From assembly GCA_963749085.1 (NCBI GenBank), contig CAVVLG010000002.1:293033-357032 (forward strand): DNA of 64,000 bases, given 5' to 3'. The position numbers were made by a program, and so were the translations under genes. Each line of letters opens with the position of its first letter. Positions within the stretch are counted from its first letter, which is position 1. This document shows positions 38,652-48,806 of the stretch, one piece after another. The notes beneath the pieces are model-generated. The model saw only the letters and a program-made list of their open reading frames with translations, made no database searches and was not told where the DNA came from. Origin of the DNA: Candidatus Adlerbacteria bacterium (GTDB taxonomy: Bacteria; Patescibacteriota; Minisyncoccia; Phycocordibacterales; SBAW01).

Positions 38652-39392
38652 TTAAAATTGATTTGCGAAGCGAAGATCGGCGGAGTGCATTAAACGTACA
38701 TCGTCTATGCCCCATTTAAGCATCGCTAAACGATCTAAACCCATGCCAAAAGCAAAACCTCGATATTTTTGAGGATCTAATCCAACGTTTTGAAAAACAT
38801 TAGGGTGTACCATACCTGCTCCCATCATTTCCACCCAGCGATCACGAAGTTTAAGCGGTGCTTCAGATCCAGTAATGCGCATATCTACTTCTACGGCTGG
38901 CTCGACGAAAGGGAAAAAACTTGGACGAAAACGAATATCAACTGAGCCTTTCAATATTTCCCCTAAAAAAAATTTGAGTGTACCTTTTAGGTGCGCCATG
39001 GTGATATCCTCTCCCACCACAAGACATTCGATCTGAAAGAATTCCGCCTCATGGGTCATATCGGTCGCTTCGTTACGAAATGCACGCCCCGGGTTAATCA
39101 TGCGATATGGAGGTAAAATACCTTTTTTTATTTGTTCTTCCATATAACGTACTTGGACCGGCGATGTGTGGGTGCGCAAGACCATACCCGGTTCATCCTT
39201 GATAAAAAAGGTGTCCTGCATATCGCGCGCCGAATGATCCTTGGGAACATTCAATGCGTCAAAATTATGCCATTCGTCTTCAACGAGCGGCCCTTCGGCA
39301 AACGTAAAACCCATGTCATAGAATATCCGATTCGCTTCGCGGATGAGGGAGGAGATGGGATGCAGGTGGCCTCTGACGTTTTTTTCTTGCAT
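38652..39392 (-). CDS. pheS: phenylalanyl-tRNA synthetase alpha subunit (short, 246 aa)
   Basis: Class II motifs FRPSFFPFVEPAVEVD and GMGLDRLAML. The N-terminal helical arm is absent. Confidence 0.85.
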   Translation of the reverse strand: MQEKNVRGHLHPISSLIREANRIFYDMGFTFAEGPLVEDEWHNFDALNVPKDHSARDMQDTFFIKDEPGMVLRTHTSPVQVRYMEEQIKKGILPPYRMINPGRAFRNEATDMTHEAEFFQIECLVVGEDITMAHLKGTLKFFLGEILKGSVDIRFRPSFFPFVEPAVEVDMRITGSEAPLKLRDRWVEMMGAGMVHPNVFQNVGLDPQKYRGFAFGMGLDRLAMLKWGIDDVRLMHSADLRFANQF

Positions 39393-39408
39393 AATCCTTG
39401 TAGTATAG

Positions 39409-40674
39409 GTGCATTTGTCTCAAAATGGTATACTCACGATCATGGATGTCGGGGCCTTCGGTGTGTATGTGTGTCTCTTTATTGCCCTCTATTTTGAGGT
39501 TTTCTTGCTCATTTCCTTTTTTGAAAAACGGCCGGCGCAGAAATCCCCTGCACGTCCCATGTACTTCCCCAGCGCCTCAATGATTGTGCCGTGCTACAAC
39601 GAAGAAAAGACGCTCGTGCACACAGTCAAGTCGCTGTTGGCGCTCGACTATCCGAAGGATAAACTGGAAATCTACATCGTCGATGATGGTTCAAAAGACG
39701 GCACACGTGCAATTGGCGAGCAGCTGGCGGCGCAGTACAGTCAGGTCAGCTATTTTTACAAAAAAAACGGCGGCAAATATACAGCCCTTAACTTCGGCAT
39801 TGAGCGCTCCAAAGCGGAGCTCGTCGGATGCCTTGATGCCGATTCATTCGTGGCCGAGGATGCGCTCCTTGAAGTGGCGAAAAAACTTGAAAGCGATGCC
39901 TCCGTTATGGCGACGACGCCGGCGATGAAGGTCTACCTCCCGCGCACTATCCTCGAGACTATGCAGGCGGTCGAGTACACCTTCGGGATTTTTTATAAAA
40001 AGATGTTCGACAATATTTCAGCGGTTAATGTACTACCCGGGCCGTTTTCTCTCTACCGGCGCGAGGTATTCGAGCGCATCGGACTTTTTCGACATGCCCA
40101 TAACACTGAGGATATGGAGATAGCCTTCCGCATGCATGCCCACGGATTAAAAATTGCGAACGTCCACACTGCCTTCGTCTATACCACGGTACCAAAAACT
40201 CCATGGGGCCTCATTAAACAGCGCACACGCTGGTCCCAGGGATTCCTTCAGAATTCAAAGGATTATTCCTATATGTATTTCAATCCGCGCTACGGCAATT
40301 TCGGCATACTCGTGCTGCCCTTTGGCCTGTCGGCGTTTACCGCAGGACTCTACACCGCCGGCTATGCCCTGTATAAGAGCGTGGGGTTTGTCTGGGGACG
40401 CGTGTCGGAGATGTGGGCAACCGGTGTGCCTTTGCAGATACCTACCGAGCACCTTACCTGGTACTACATAAATACCAGTATGATGACGTTTCTCGTTATT
40501 GCCACGCTCGGTATGACGCTCGTGGCCATTGTACTTGGACAACGCATTGCGAAAACGGAATTGGGAATGAAATCATTTGTCTCCTATTTCGTACTGTACG
40601 GCTTCATAGCGCCACTGTGGCTTGCGCGCGCCGCGTGGGGAGCACTGCGCTCACAGGAAAGCGCGTGGAAGTAG
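39409..40674 (+). CDS. processive family-2 glycosyltransferase (PgaC/IcaA/NodC/HasA-like synthase)
   Basis: DDGSKDGT, DAD, QRTRWSQG (QxxRW). N- and C-terminal TM helices. Confidence 0.75.
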   Translation: MHLSQNGILTIMDVGAFGVYVCLFIALYFEVFLLISFFEKRPAQKSPARPMYFPSASMIVPCYNEEKTLVHTVKSLLALDYPKDKLEIYIVDDGSKDGTRAIGEQLAAQYSQVSYFYKKNGGKYTALNFGIERSKAELVGCLDADSFVAEDALLEVAKKLESDASVMATTPAMKVYLPRTILETMQAVEYTFGIFYKKMFDNISAVNVLPGPFSLYRREVFERIGLFRHAHNTEDMEIAFRMHAHGLKIANVHTAFVYTTVPKTPWGLIKQRTRWSQGFLQNSKDYSYMYFNPRYGNFGILVLPFGLSAFTAGLYTAGYALYKSVGFVWGRVSEMWATGVPLQIPTEHLTWYYINTSMMTFLVIATLGMTLVAIVLGQRIAKTELGMKSFVSYFVLYGFIAPLWLARAAWGALRSQESAWK

Positions 40675-40677
40675 GGC

Positions 40678-41355
40678 ATGACCTGGCAGAAATACCTTCT
40701 TGCCTTCCTCATTACCGCTGCTATATTCGGCACCGCCTTCTACATCGCCGCCAGGCTCGACAGCGCGCGCATCGCCGACATACAGGCGACTGAGGAAACT
40801 ATTTCCATAGACATACTCTCCTTGGAGACGCAATTTGAACTCCTAAGCAATCTCGACTGCAGTACGATTACTCAAAATCCGGTGCTCTCCGACGAACTCA
40901 ATTCCCTAGCGAGCCAGCTCTCGGTCGCGGAGGATAATCTCGGCAGCGACAATCCGGATGTGATTCAGCTCAAAGAGCAGTATTCGCTGCTTGAGATAAA
41001 AGACTACATCCTTCTGCAACAGCTTGAGCAGAAATGCAATCTCAAGGCCACCTACGTGCTCTATTTTTATTCCAATTCGGGCGACTGCCCCGACTGCACC
41101 GAGGCTGGCGATGTGCTTACCTACTTGCGGCAAACCTACCCCGGTTTGCGCGTATATTCTTTCGACTATGACCTCGATCTCTCGGCCCTCAAAACCCTGG
41201 AGCTCGTACGCCATGTCAAACCGGACCTCCCGGCGTTTGTCATCAACAACAAAGCGCCGGTCTACGGCCTCCAGACGCTCCAGCAAATGGAGGCGCTTAT
41301 TCCCAACTTGCAGTCGCTCGCAACGTCGAGCGCCACCACGTCGAGCGGCTATTAA
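40678..41355 (+). CDS. membrane-anchored thioredoxin-like CxxC protein
   Basis: N-terminal TM. YVLYFYSNSGDCPDCTEAGDVL and ...AFVINNKAPVYG suggest a thioredoxin fold. A 4-nt gap from the GT2 gene. Confidence 0.35.
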   Translation: MTWQKYLLAFLITAAIFGTAFYIAARLDSARIADIQATEETISIDILSLETQFELLSNLDCSTITQNPVLSDELNSLASQLSVAEDNLGSDNPDVIQLKEQYSLLEIKDYILLQQLEQKCNLKATYVLYFYSNSGDCPDCTEAGDVLTYLRQTYPGLRVYSFDYDLDLSALKTLELVRHVKPDLPAFVINNKAPVYGLQTLQQMEALIPNLQSLATSSATTSSGY

Positions 41356-41371
41356 ATTCCGACTCTATGTT

Positions 41372-41447
41372 TGGAGCCAGCGGGAGGATTCGAACCCCCG
41401 ACCAACGCTTTACAAAAGCGCTGCTCTACCAACTGAGCTACGCTGGC
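41372..41447 (-). tRNA. tRNA-Thr (anticodon TGT) with encoded CCA
   Basis: Minus-strand GCCAGCGTAGCTCAGTTGGTAGAGCAGCGCTTTTGTAAAGCGTTGGTCGGGGGTTCGAATCCTCCCGCTGGCTCCA folds as a cloverleaf. The anticodon loop is TTTGTAA. Confidence 0.85.
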
Positions 41448-41858
41448 TTATTCTTCAATCGTGGGGTCCCTCGGTGCCCTGCGCTGAAGCTTTTTTTTAT
41501 GATTCGCAACTTCTTGCAAAAATGCAGAAGCTTCTCCGGGCACGTGGGTGGTTTCCGTCTTTTCGCGCACCGTGCGGAGCACCTTCTCGAGCAGGTGTTC
41601 GAGGGATAGCACTCCGCGCGCAAGCGTCAGATGCAGCCACGTGCGGAATTTTTGGCCTTCAACCTGGAGAAGCGCCTGTGCAGTTCGAGGGAGCGTCTTC
41701 CCCATTAAGTGTACGCCCCGTTCAAGTGAAGAAGTAACCCGTGGGCGCACGGCAGAGAACAACACGTTGCCGGTGGCGAGCTCATAGCGCTTGAACCACA
41801 GCAACGAGGCCATGCCGACTATGGAAAGCAGGAGGGTTGTGATAAAAAACAGCACCAT
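41448..41858 (-). CDS. hypothetical membrane protein
   Basis: One N-terminal TM. The stop abuts the tRNA 5' end. Confidence 0.3.
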   Translation of the reverse strand: MVLFFITTLLLSIVGMASLLWFKRYELATGNVLFSAVRPRVTSSLERGVHLMGKTLPRTAQALLQVEGQKFRTWLHLTLARGVLSLEHLLEKVLRTVREKTETTHVPGEASAFLQEVANHKKKLQRRAPRDPTIEE

Positions 41859-41870
41859 GTCCCTATGATA

Positions 41871-42326
41871 CTACTGAACGGAAAAAATATCGAATTTGCT
41901 GACTTCAATGCGCTCGCCAAATTTTTGCGTCGCGCTTGAGACTAGGTCAGCGACTGTTTTTGAAGAATCTTTGATAAACGCTTCTTTGAGCAGCACGTCG
42001 GTTGTCGGGGGACGCATGGCGGCGGCGTGCATCGCAATGTCGCGTGCGAGCGCTTTAAACTCGTCGTTTTTTGAAACAAAGTCGGTCTCGCAAGAAAGAA
42101 GCACCATGGCACCCACCTGTGCAGTGGTGTGCACGTAGGCGGCAACGGTGCCCGCACCGAGCTTTCGATCTTGTTTTTTTTGGACGCTGAGGGCTGAGCG
42201 CTCCTGGAGAATGGTGACCGCCTTCTCCATATCGCCCCCGGCCTCTTCAAGCGCTTTCTTGCACTCAGACACGCTGACCCCCGTGCGCTCGCGCAATTGC
42301 TTTACCATCTCGGCGCTGACTGCCAT
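41871..42326 (-). CDS. tsf: elongation factor Ts (short form)
   Basis: MAVSAEMVKQLRERTGVSVSECKKALEEAGGDMEKAV (UBA-like N terminus). The start is chosen at MAVS, 4 nt after the rpsB stop. Confidence 0.8.
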   Translation of the reverse strand: MAVSAEMVKQLRERTGVSVSECKKALEEAGGDMEKAVTILQERSALSVQKKQDRKLGAGTVAAYVHTTAQVGAMVLLSCETDFVSKNDEFKALARDIAMHAAAMRPPTTDVLLKEAFIKDSSKTVADLVSSATQKFGERIEVSKFDIFSVQ

Positions 42327-42330
42327 AATC

Positions 42331-43047
42331 TTATGGCTGTTTCTCCTCCGCAGGAGCGGGGGTGGCACCAAGGTTATCGGCGTACGTTTTCGCGACCGCT
42401 TCAAGCACAAAGGAAATAACTTTGAGCGACGCATCGTTTGCGGGAATGGGATAGGTTATCTTTGAGCGATCACAGTCTGAATTTATGAGAGCGATCACTG
42501 GAATATTGAGCTGGTGTGCTTCGGCCACAGCGCCACTTTCCTGACGCGAATCGACGACCAAAAGGGCCTCAGGCATGCGCTGCATGCCTTTGAGGCCCCC
42601 GAACATGTGTTCGAGATTCTCAGCTTCACGATCGATAAGAAGTCGCTCTAGTTTGGTAAATTTTGCGAGTCCGCCTTTCTCACGCATGTCGGTTATTTCC
42701 TGCAGCCGCGCGAGACGCTTCTTGATTTCGCCGAAATTGGTGAGCGTACCTCCTATCCAGCGGGAGGCGACGTAGGGTTGGTTGAGCCGCTCGGCAACAC
42801 GCTTGAGTGCCTCGCGAGCTTCGGCTTTGCCTCCCACAAAAAGAATGGTTTTGCGGGCCGCCGCGAGGGAACGAACGAAGTCAAGTGCTGACTGAAGACA
42901 CTGCGCGGTCTGTTCAAGATCAAAAAGCTCCGTGTCTCCTTTGGAGCCGAAGATGAAATCCGAGACGCTCGGGTGGCGGCGGCTGGGCGCGTAGCCGTAC
43001 TGAGCGCCCACGTCGAACAATTTCTCTACCATACCCTCATTTTCCAT
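42331..43047 (-). CDS. rpsB: 30S ribosomal protein S2
   Basis: LFDVGAQYGYAPSRRHPSVSDFIFG... Confidence 0.9.
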   Translation of the reverse strand: MENEGMVEKLFDVGAQYGYAPSRRHPSVSDFIFGSKGDTELFDLEQTAQCLQSALDFVRSLAAARKTILFVGGKAEAREALKRVAERLNQPYVASRWIGGTLTNFGEIKKRLARLQEITDMREKGGLAKFTKLERLLIDREAENLEHMFGGLKGMQRMPEALLVVDSRQESGAVAEAHQLNIPVIALINSDCDRSKITYPIPANDASLKVISFVLEAVAKTYADNLGATPAPAEEKQP

Positions 43048-43068
43048 AGCGTAACGCGCTCTACCTTA

Positions 43069-44022
43069 TCACGCCGGAGCCGCTGCGGCAAGCGCATCCA
43101 GGATAGGTTCGATATTGCCGGCCAAGACGGACGGCAAATTATGCCAACTCTCCTTGAGGCGATGGTCAGTGACACGATCTTGCAACGTATTGTAGGTACG
43201 AATTTTCTCACTTCGGTCGGCGGTGCCTATCTGCTCCTTGCGCGTCTGCGCATGCACGGCGGCTTCCCTTTCCTCCTCCAGAACTTCAAGCTTCGCCATA
43301 AGCACCGCCATCGCTTGCTCGCGGTTGGCCGCCTGGCTGCGCTGCGACTGCGAGCGCGCTTCAAGTCCGGTAGGTAGGTGCACGAGCCTCACGGCCGTTT
43401 CTACTTTATTGACGTTTTGCCCACCGGCGCCGCCGGAGCGCGAAAATTCCATTTTAATATCAGTGGGATTTATGTGCAGCGTGTGTTTTTTGCGAATGGG
43501 CAAGATGGCGACCGAGGCAGTCGAGGTGTGTATGCGGCCGCTTTTTTCGGTCGCGGGCACGCGTTGAATGCGGTGTACCCCGGTTTCAAATCTGAGTCGC
43601 TCATAGACACTAAGCCCCTTTATTTCAAACGACGCTTCCTTGTATCCGCCGAGATTGGTTTTTGATTCCGCTAGGGCGCGTACGCTCCACCCGCGCGAGG
43701 CGGCGTACGCGCGATACATCTGAGCGAGTTGCTCTGCAAACAGTGCCGCCTCTTCCCCGCCCGCGCCCGCCCGTACCTCAAGTACTACCTCGTTCGGAAA
43801 TTCCTCTTCTTTTTCTTCCGCTTGGAGAATCCGCTCCATCTCGGCTATAACCGTCGCTTTTTGCTCCTCAATGCGCCTCAAATCCTCGCGCGCCACATCG
43901 GCCAAGTCACCTGCGGCCAGAGCCTCAAGGTCCCTCTCTTCTTTAAGCAGGCGCTCATATTCCGCGGCAACATACGCGGTCTTCGGATTGTCCTTGTAGC
44001 GGGAGAAGTCCGCTTCGTTCAT
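43069..44022 (-). CDS. prfA: peptide chain release factor 1 (short, 317 aa)
   Basis: PAT tripeptide ([14 protein letters not shown]) and GGQ ([24 protein letters not shown]). Confidence 0.85.
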   Translation of the reverse strand: MNEADFSRYKDNPKTAYVAAEYERLLKEERDLEALAAGDLADVAREDLRRIEEQKATVIAEMERILQAEEKEEEFPNEVVLEVRAGAGGEEAALFAEQLAQMYRAYAASRGWSVRALAESKTNLGGYKEASFEIKGLSVYERLRFETGVHRIQRVPATEKSGRIHTSTASVAILPIRKKHTLHINPTDIKMEFSRSGGAGGQNVNKVETAVRLVHLPTGLEARSQSQRSQAANREQAMAVLMAKLEVLEEEREAAVHAQTRKEQIGTADRSEKIRTYNTLQDRVTDHRLKESWHNLPSVLAGNIEPILDALAAAAPA

Positions 44023-44235
44023 CTACTTCTTTTTCGCAGCCGCCCTGCGCGCTTTGAATTTCTCTACGCGTCCTGCGGTATCGAGAATCTTGTCATTGCC
44101 GGTGTAAAACGGGTGGCAATTGGAACAGATTTCAACCTGTATCCTCTCTTTGGTTGAGCCCACAGCGAAAGAGCGTCCGCATGCGCAGGTGATTTTCGCT
44201 TGGGGAAAGTATGTTGGGTGGATATCGGCTTTCAT
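44023..44235 (-). CDS. rpmE: 50S ribosomal protein L31
   Basis: MKADIHPTY...CACGRSF...[10 protein letters not shown]. Confidence 0.9.
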   Translation of the reverse strand: MKADIHPTYFPQAKITCACGRSFAVGSTKERIQVEICSNCHPFYTGNDKILDTAGRVEKFKARRAAAKKK

Positions 44236-44272
44236 GGTTGAACTATAGCACTGAAATCGAAGGCTCGCAACT

Positions 44273-45685
44273 TCAGCACTGCCCGTAGTAGCGGGCGTCG
44301 GCCTTCATGGCGGCTGCGCCGTTGCCCCCGGTTATCGTGTCTATATTTTCCTGATACTGAAGTTCGTAGCACAGGACTGCGTTGGCGTAAAACTGCAAGC
44401 TCACATCGCCCACATTTCCACAACCAGCCAGATAGCACATGGCCGCCCTAAACTCAGCGACCGGCGTTTGCGCGGCGGCGTCGTCATCGGTCAAGTATAG
44501 TGCTGATGCCATGAACGCGTCCTGGGGAACCCAGGGGTTGGGAGGTGTATCACCGGTAAGCGGCCCGATGCGATCCGATGATTCTGTGTACGTATAGGAA
44601 GGTTTGGGATATCCGGCATAGAGCGCCCAGGTGGAAGGGATGAACTGTGCCGGCCCCATGGCCCCGCCCCAGCCATACCACTCCTTTGCCGAGACGGACA
44701 TTTCGGAGGGATCAAGCCCCAGGCTTTGTGTAATAGCGAGAAAGATAGGTATTTGTGCCGGAGCCATGTCTGCGGTGTAGGTTCCGGTGCCGACATTTTG
44801 TCCGAGATCGGATTCCTCGGTGATGATGCCGAGGAGAAACGCGGGCCGGATGCCGGTTTTTTGCGAGGCGAGATTGGCGTACGTGAGCGCGTTGCCAAAG
44901 GATATGGCCGCGGAGCCGTTGAGTTGGAAGAGTTCCGCGCGTATCTGTGCGGCGCTCTTCTGATTCGCCGTTATCAATGCCTGATAGGCGGCTTCCTGTC
45001 CCTTGGTCTCGCTGAGCAGTTGCTTCTCCTGCGTTTGCTGGGCTTCTACCTGCTGCTGTTGGAGCTGCTGCACCTGGAGCAGTTGCGATTCCTCGGCCAG
45101 TTGGGTTTGCAAATCAGTTTCCTGCGCTTGCGTTACCACGGTCGTGCTGCTTATTTGCGCAAACGATGCCTGCATCTGCGCGTTGATTTCGTTGAACGTG
45201 TCGAGGTCGGAGAAAAAGTCCGAGAGACTCTGCGAAGACAGAAGCGCCACCACGAGACTCGAGCTCTCCAGCTGGTCTGTTTCGCGCAAAATGCCCGCGA
45301 GAGAATCTTTTTCGGCGCTCAGCTGCGTATTGAGACCGTTGATAGTGCTTTCCTTCTGCGCTATGCCGTCGTTGAGCTCCTGTATCGTGAGATCGCGGGC
45401 TTCAATGGCCAGCTGGGCCGCCGCTATCTGCGCCTTCAATATTTCAAGCGCGCTTTGCAGCGAGACGCTTTTCGTCTCTTCCTGCGTGACTATTTGCTGC
45501 TGCTGAGCAATTTGAGCGTTTATGGAATTAAGCTGATCTTGGAGTTGCTGTTTGTAGGCGCTGACCTCGGATGCGGTCGAGGTGGCGGTTTGCGCATACG
45601 CAACGCTCAGCGGCGAGGAACGCGACAGCAGCGATGCCAATACAATAAGAAAAGCGCCTAGCAGCTGCGCCCTTTTTGTGCCCAT
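44273..45685 (-). CDS. secreted coiled-coil protein with a C-terminal lytic transglycosylase (SLT_2/MltB-like) domain
   Basis: Signal peptide, ~230 aa of Gln-rich coiled coil, then [14 protein letters not shown] and [13 protein letters not shown], the MltB-family motif. Confidence 0.55.
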   Translation of the reverse strand: MGTKRAQLLGAFLIVLASLLSRSSPLSVAYAQTATSTASEVSAYKQQLQDQLNSINAQIAQQQQIVTQEETKSVSLQSALEILKAQIAAAQLAIEARDLTIQELNDGIAQKESTINGLNTQLSAEKDSLAGILRETDQLESSSLVVALLSSQSLSDFFSDLDTFNEINAQMQASFAQISSTTVVTQAQETDLQTQLAEESQLLQVQQLQQQQVEAQQTQEKQLLSETKGQEAAYQALITANQKSAAQIRAELFQLNGSAAISFGNALTYANLASQKTGIRPAFLLGIITEESDLGQNVGTGTYTADMAPAQIPIFLAITQSLGLDPSEMSVSAKEWYGWGGAMGPAQFIPSTWALYAGYPKPSYTYTESSDRIGPLTGDTPPNPWVPQDAFMASALYLTDDDAAAQTPVAEFRAAMCYLAGCGNVGDVSLQFYANAVLCYELQYQENIDTITGGNGAAAMKADARYYGQC

Positions 45686-45758
45686 CCTTTTATTGTACCA
45701 AATATCCAGGGAATTCGGAGCAGGAACGCGAAAAAACTGCGGTGTATCTCCCGTTTTT

Positions 45759-46442
45759 TTATTCTTTCTTTGCTTTTGGCGCCTCGGTTTTGGGAGCTAC
45801 ACCCTCGGCCGGGGCGGCATTGGTATCTTCTTTCTTGCCGCGCTCCTCAGAAATCTCTATGGCAGAGAGATCCACAGCGGGTGCCGCTTCTTCGGGCTCT
45901 TCTTGGGCCACTGAGATCATGGCGACTACCTCATCAAGATCTACGGAAATTTTGGCCTTCGCAGGAAGCTTCAGATCGCCTATTTTTATCTGATCCTCAA
46001 GCGTCACCAGCTTTGAAATATCAACCGCAATGGAGTGTGGCAGATCTTTTGGTTCGCATTCAAGCTCCAATTCGTGCATGACTTTGGTGAGGATGCCGCC
46101 GAGCTCTTTAACGGCCGGCGAAACGCCTTGAAATTCAAGCGGAATAGATACGGTGACAGTCTGGCCTTTTTCAATCGCATAAAAATCAGCGTGAATGGGA
46201 ACTCCCGTGATAGCATCAAAGTCTACGTCATGAATGAGTGCGTCTTTAGCGGCCCCGAGTCCGATTAGGGAGATGACTGAGGACTCCCCCGCTGCGTGGA
46301 ATAGTTTGCCAAACTCCTTGGCGTTGACTGAAATGGGAGTTGCTTTTTCGCTGCGTCCGTACACTATCGCGGGCAAAACACCCTTGTTTCGCAAGGTTTT
46401 TCCTTTCGTCTTGCCATCGCGCTTCTCTACCGCAAGCTCCAT
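45759..46442 (-). CDS. rplY: 50S ribosomal protein L25/general stress protein Ctc
   Basis: LRNKGVLPAIVYG... Confidence 0.85.
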   Translation of the reverse strand: MELAVEKRDGKTKGKTLRNKGVLPAIVYGRSEKATPISVNAKEFGKLFHAAGESSVISLIGLGAAKDALIHDVDFDAITGVPIHADFYAIEKGQTVTVSIPLEFQGVSPAVKELGGILTKVMHELELECEPKDLPHSIAVDISKLVTLEDQIKIGDLKLPAKAKISVDLDEVVAMISVAQEEPEEAAPAVDLSAIEISEERGKKEDTNAAPAEGVAPKTEAPKAKKE

Positions 46443-46499
46443 ATGTCAGAGCACTGTATCGGATTTTTTCCAAAAAGGCAATCCGAGCAAGCAGACAAT

Positions 46500-46715
46500 T
46501 TATACCGCGACCGGGATTTTACCAGCTCGCAAGGTATTGGCGATGTTTTTCTTGGTGATTTGATGTGACACAAACAGCATTTCAATTCCCAATACCTTTC
46601 CCTTTTTATCCACATCAGCAAGCAGAAAATCGCTCATCTCCAGAGTCTTATATACTTTGCCTTTTTTGAGCCGGAGGTACATCGCATCCGCTTCTTTATC
46701 GTACGTCGCCTTCAT
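46500..46715 (-). CDS. DUF2283-family protein (putative antitoxin)
   Basis: MKATYDKEADAMYLRL...VDKKGKVLGIEML. Confidence 0.6.
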   Translation of the reverse strand: MKATYDKEADAMYLRLKKGKVYKTLEMSDFLLADVDKKGKVLGIEMLFVSHQITKKNIANTLRAGKIPVAV

Positions 46716-46927
46716 AGGTAATAGGCGGTTAGTATAACATACCCTCGAGAAGTCTGCCGGAATATCACTTTAAGGGTTCGGTCTCCATACTTTTTCAGAT
46801 ATGCACCTGCACCGCCCGTGGCGTCCATAGATAGGTCTGGCTTTCGAAGCACCTCAGTCACCCGCGACGGGCTGATGCTTCTTTCCATCATGCTCAGCTG
46901 CGCGTGATGCGTAAAACGAATTTTCAT
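46712..46927 (-). CDS. DUF4258-family protein (putative toxin)
   Basis: FTHHAQLSMMERSIS...GYVILTAYYL. A 4-nt overlap with the DUF2283 gene. Confidence 0.6.
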   Translation of the reverse strand: MKIRFTHHAQLSMMERSISPSRVTEVLRKPDLSMDATGGAGAYLKKYGDRTLKVIFRQTSRGYVILTAYYL

Positions 46928-46928
46928 T

Positions 46929-47789
46929 TCACTGCCTGGCGAACATTCGCATTTTTTCCATCAAAAATACCTGCATCGCCTCAACCGACGGTTTGAGAAA
47001 TTTATACGGCGTATTCTCATCGGGCTCTTTTGCAAATTCCTCCGCAAGGGAGGTGCGATAGAGCACACGCAGCTCAGTATTGATGTGCACTATCGCAACA
47101 CCGGCTTTAATGCACGCCGCGATATCCTCCTCAGTATTGCCCGACGCGCCGTGTAACACCAGTGGAATGCCGGTCACCTGTGCAATGGCATCGACGCGCT
47201 CAGGGTGTAGCCGTGGTTCGGCGGCGTGTTTGAGCATACCGTGGATATTGCCCACCGCTGGGGCAAAACAATCGATACCTGATTGCGCTACGAATTTCTT
47301 TGCATCTTGGGCAGCGGTCAAATTCTCGAGCGTGACACCCGCCGGCAGTTCATCATGAAGGGAGGAAGACTGCCCGATGTAGCCGAGCTCGCCTTCCATG
47401 ACAACGTCGCGTCCGCTGGCACGGGCATATTTGACGCATGTCGTAAGCAGATGCACATTCTCATCAAAGGGAAGCTTGGCCCCATCTACGACGATGGAAT
47501 CCACTCCATTGGCAATCGCTTGTTCTACTTTTTCGACGCTATAGGTATGATCGGCATTTAAAAATATGGTAATGCCGTGTGATTGGTAGATATCAATCAA
47601 CGCGCGGGCCTGCTGAATGGGAAAAAATTCGCGCTCGCCCTCCGATAGACCCGCGATGACCGGAAGTCCGGTTTCTTTTGCCGCCTGTGCGATAGCCATG
47701 AGCTGGTTGGAGTCGGAGAAATTAAAGTGGCCGATAGCCTTGCTCGCTGTCTTGTATTCGGCAATGGTCTCGCGTAGCGTCTGCATCAT
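46929..47789 (-). CDS. fba: class II fructose/tagatose-bisphosphate aldolase
   Basis: GHFNFSD, LHGASG, HINTEL. Confidence 0.8.
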   Translation of the reverse strand: MMQTLRETIAEYKTASKAIGHFNFSDSNQLMAIAQAAKETGLPVIAGLSEGEREFFPIQQARALIDIYQSHGITIFLNADHTYSVEKVEQAIANGVDSIVVDGAKLPFDENVHLLTTCVKYARASGRDVVMEGELGYIGQSSSLHDELPAGVTLENLTAAQDAKKFVAQSGIDCFAPAVGNIHGMLKHAAEPRLHPERVDAIAQVTGIPLVLHGASGNTEEDIAACIKAGVAIVHINTELRVLYRTSLAEEFAKEPDENTPYKFLKPSVEAMQVFLMEKMRMFARQ

Positions 47790-47810
47790 TCCAGTATATA
47801 CTACCGAGGT

Positions 47811-48806
47811 ATGGCTTTAGACTTTTTCGCTATCGGCGATACCGTCGTCGATGAATTCATCAGGCTCAAAGACGCCAGCGTGCATTGCAACATCAACAAC
47901 GAGGACTGCGAGATTTGCATGCGCTGGGGTGATAAGATTCCGTTTGAATTTGCGACCTTCGTACCCGCCGTGGGCAACGGTCCAAACGCGGCCGTTTCGG
48001 CCGCACGTTTGGGGCTTACCTCGGGCCTACGCGCCTATATTGGCAACGACCAGTATGGACAAGATTGTCTGGAGGCTTTTCTGCGGGATAAGGTGGACAT
48101 CACGTATGTGGAAAAAATCGCCGACAAACATACTAATCATCACTACGTGCTGTGGTTCGAAAATAACCGCACTATTTTAATCAAACACGAGCTGTTTGAG
48201 TATACGGTTCCGCCGCTCGCAACTGCGCCACGCTGGGTGTACCTCTCCTCCCTCGGCGAGAACTCGCTTCCCATTCACTATGCGTGGGCGCAGCAACTCA
48301 AGCGCTGGCCGGAGACCAAACTCGCCTTCCAGCCCGGCACGTTCCAGATGCAATTCGGCCACGAAGCCCTGAAAGACATCTATCAACGAAGCGAGATTTT
48401 CTTTTGCAATAAGGAAGAAGCCGAAAGGATTCTGGGGAAACCCGCCGGCAGCGATATGAAAGATCTCCTGCAAAGCATCAAAGCGCTGGGACCAAAAATT
48501 GCCGTCGTTACCGACGACGTTCGCGGCGCCGCCTATATAGATGAGCAAAACACCATGATGCACGTACCGCGCTATCCCGATCCGCGCCCACCCTATGAGA
48601 TAACGGGCGCGGGCGATGCGCTCGCTTCAGGTACGGTCGCGGCGCTCGCCTTGGGAAAGCCGCTTGAGATGGCACTGCGGTGGGGCTCAGTTAACGCTTC
48701 GGCGGTATTGCAGGACATAGGTGCTCAAAAGGGATTACTCACGCGCGAACAACTGGAAAAAAATATAGCCAACCCACCAACGGCATGGGACATCACGCCA
48801 CTGTAA
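47811..48806 (+). CDS. PfkB-family carbohydrate/nucleoside kinase
   Basis: AVGNGPNAAVSAARLG and the TGAGDA motif. Confidence 0.7.
   Translation: MALDFFAIGDTVVDEFIRLKDASVHCNINNEDCEICMRWGDKIPFEFATFVPAVGNGPNAAVSAARLGLTSGLRAYIGNDQYGQDCLEAFLRDKVDITYVEKIADKHTNHHYVLWFENNRTILIKHELFEYTVPPLATAPRWVYLSSLGENSLPIHYAWAQQLKRWPETKLAFQPGTFQMQFGHEALKDIYQRSEIFFCNKEEAERILGKPAGSDMKDLLQSIKALGPKIAVVTDDVRGAAYIDEQNTMMHVPRYPDPRPPYEITGAGDALASGTVAALALGKPLEMALRWGSVNASAVLQDIGAQKGLLTREQLEKNIANPPTAWDITPL

Noticed and set aside
41367-41609. An 80-aa plus-strand ORF overlapping tRNA-Thr
   Set aside because: It is the antisense of a clear tRNA cloverleaf and shows no protein-like features.
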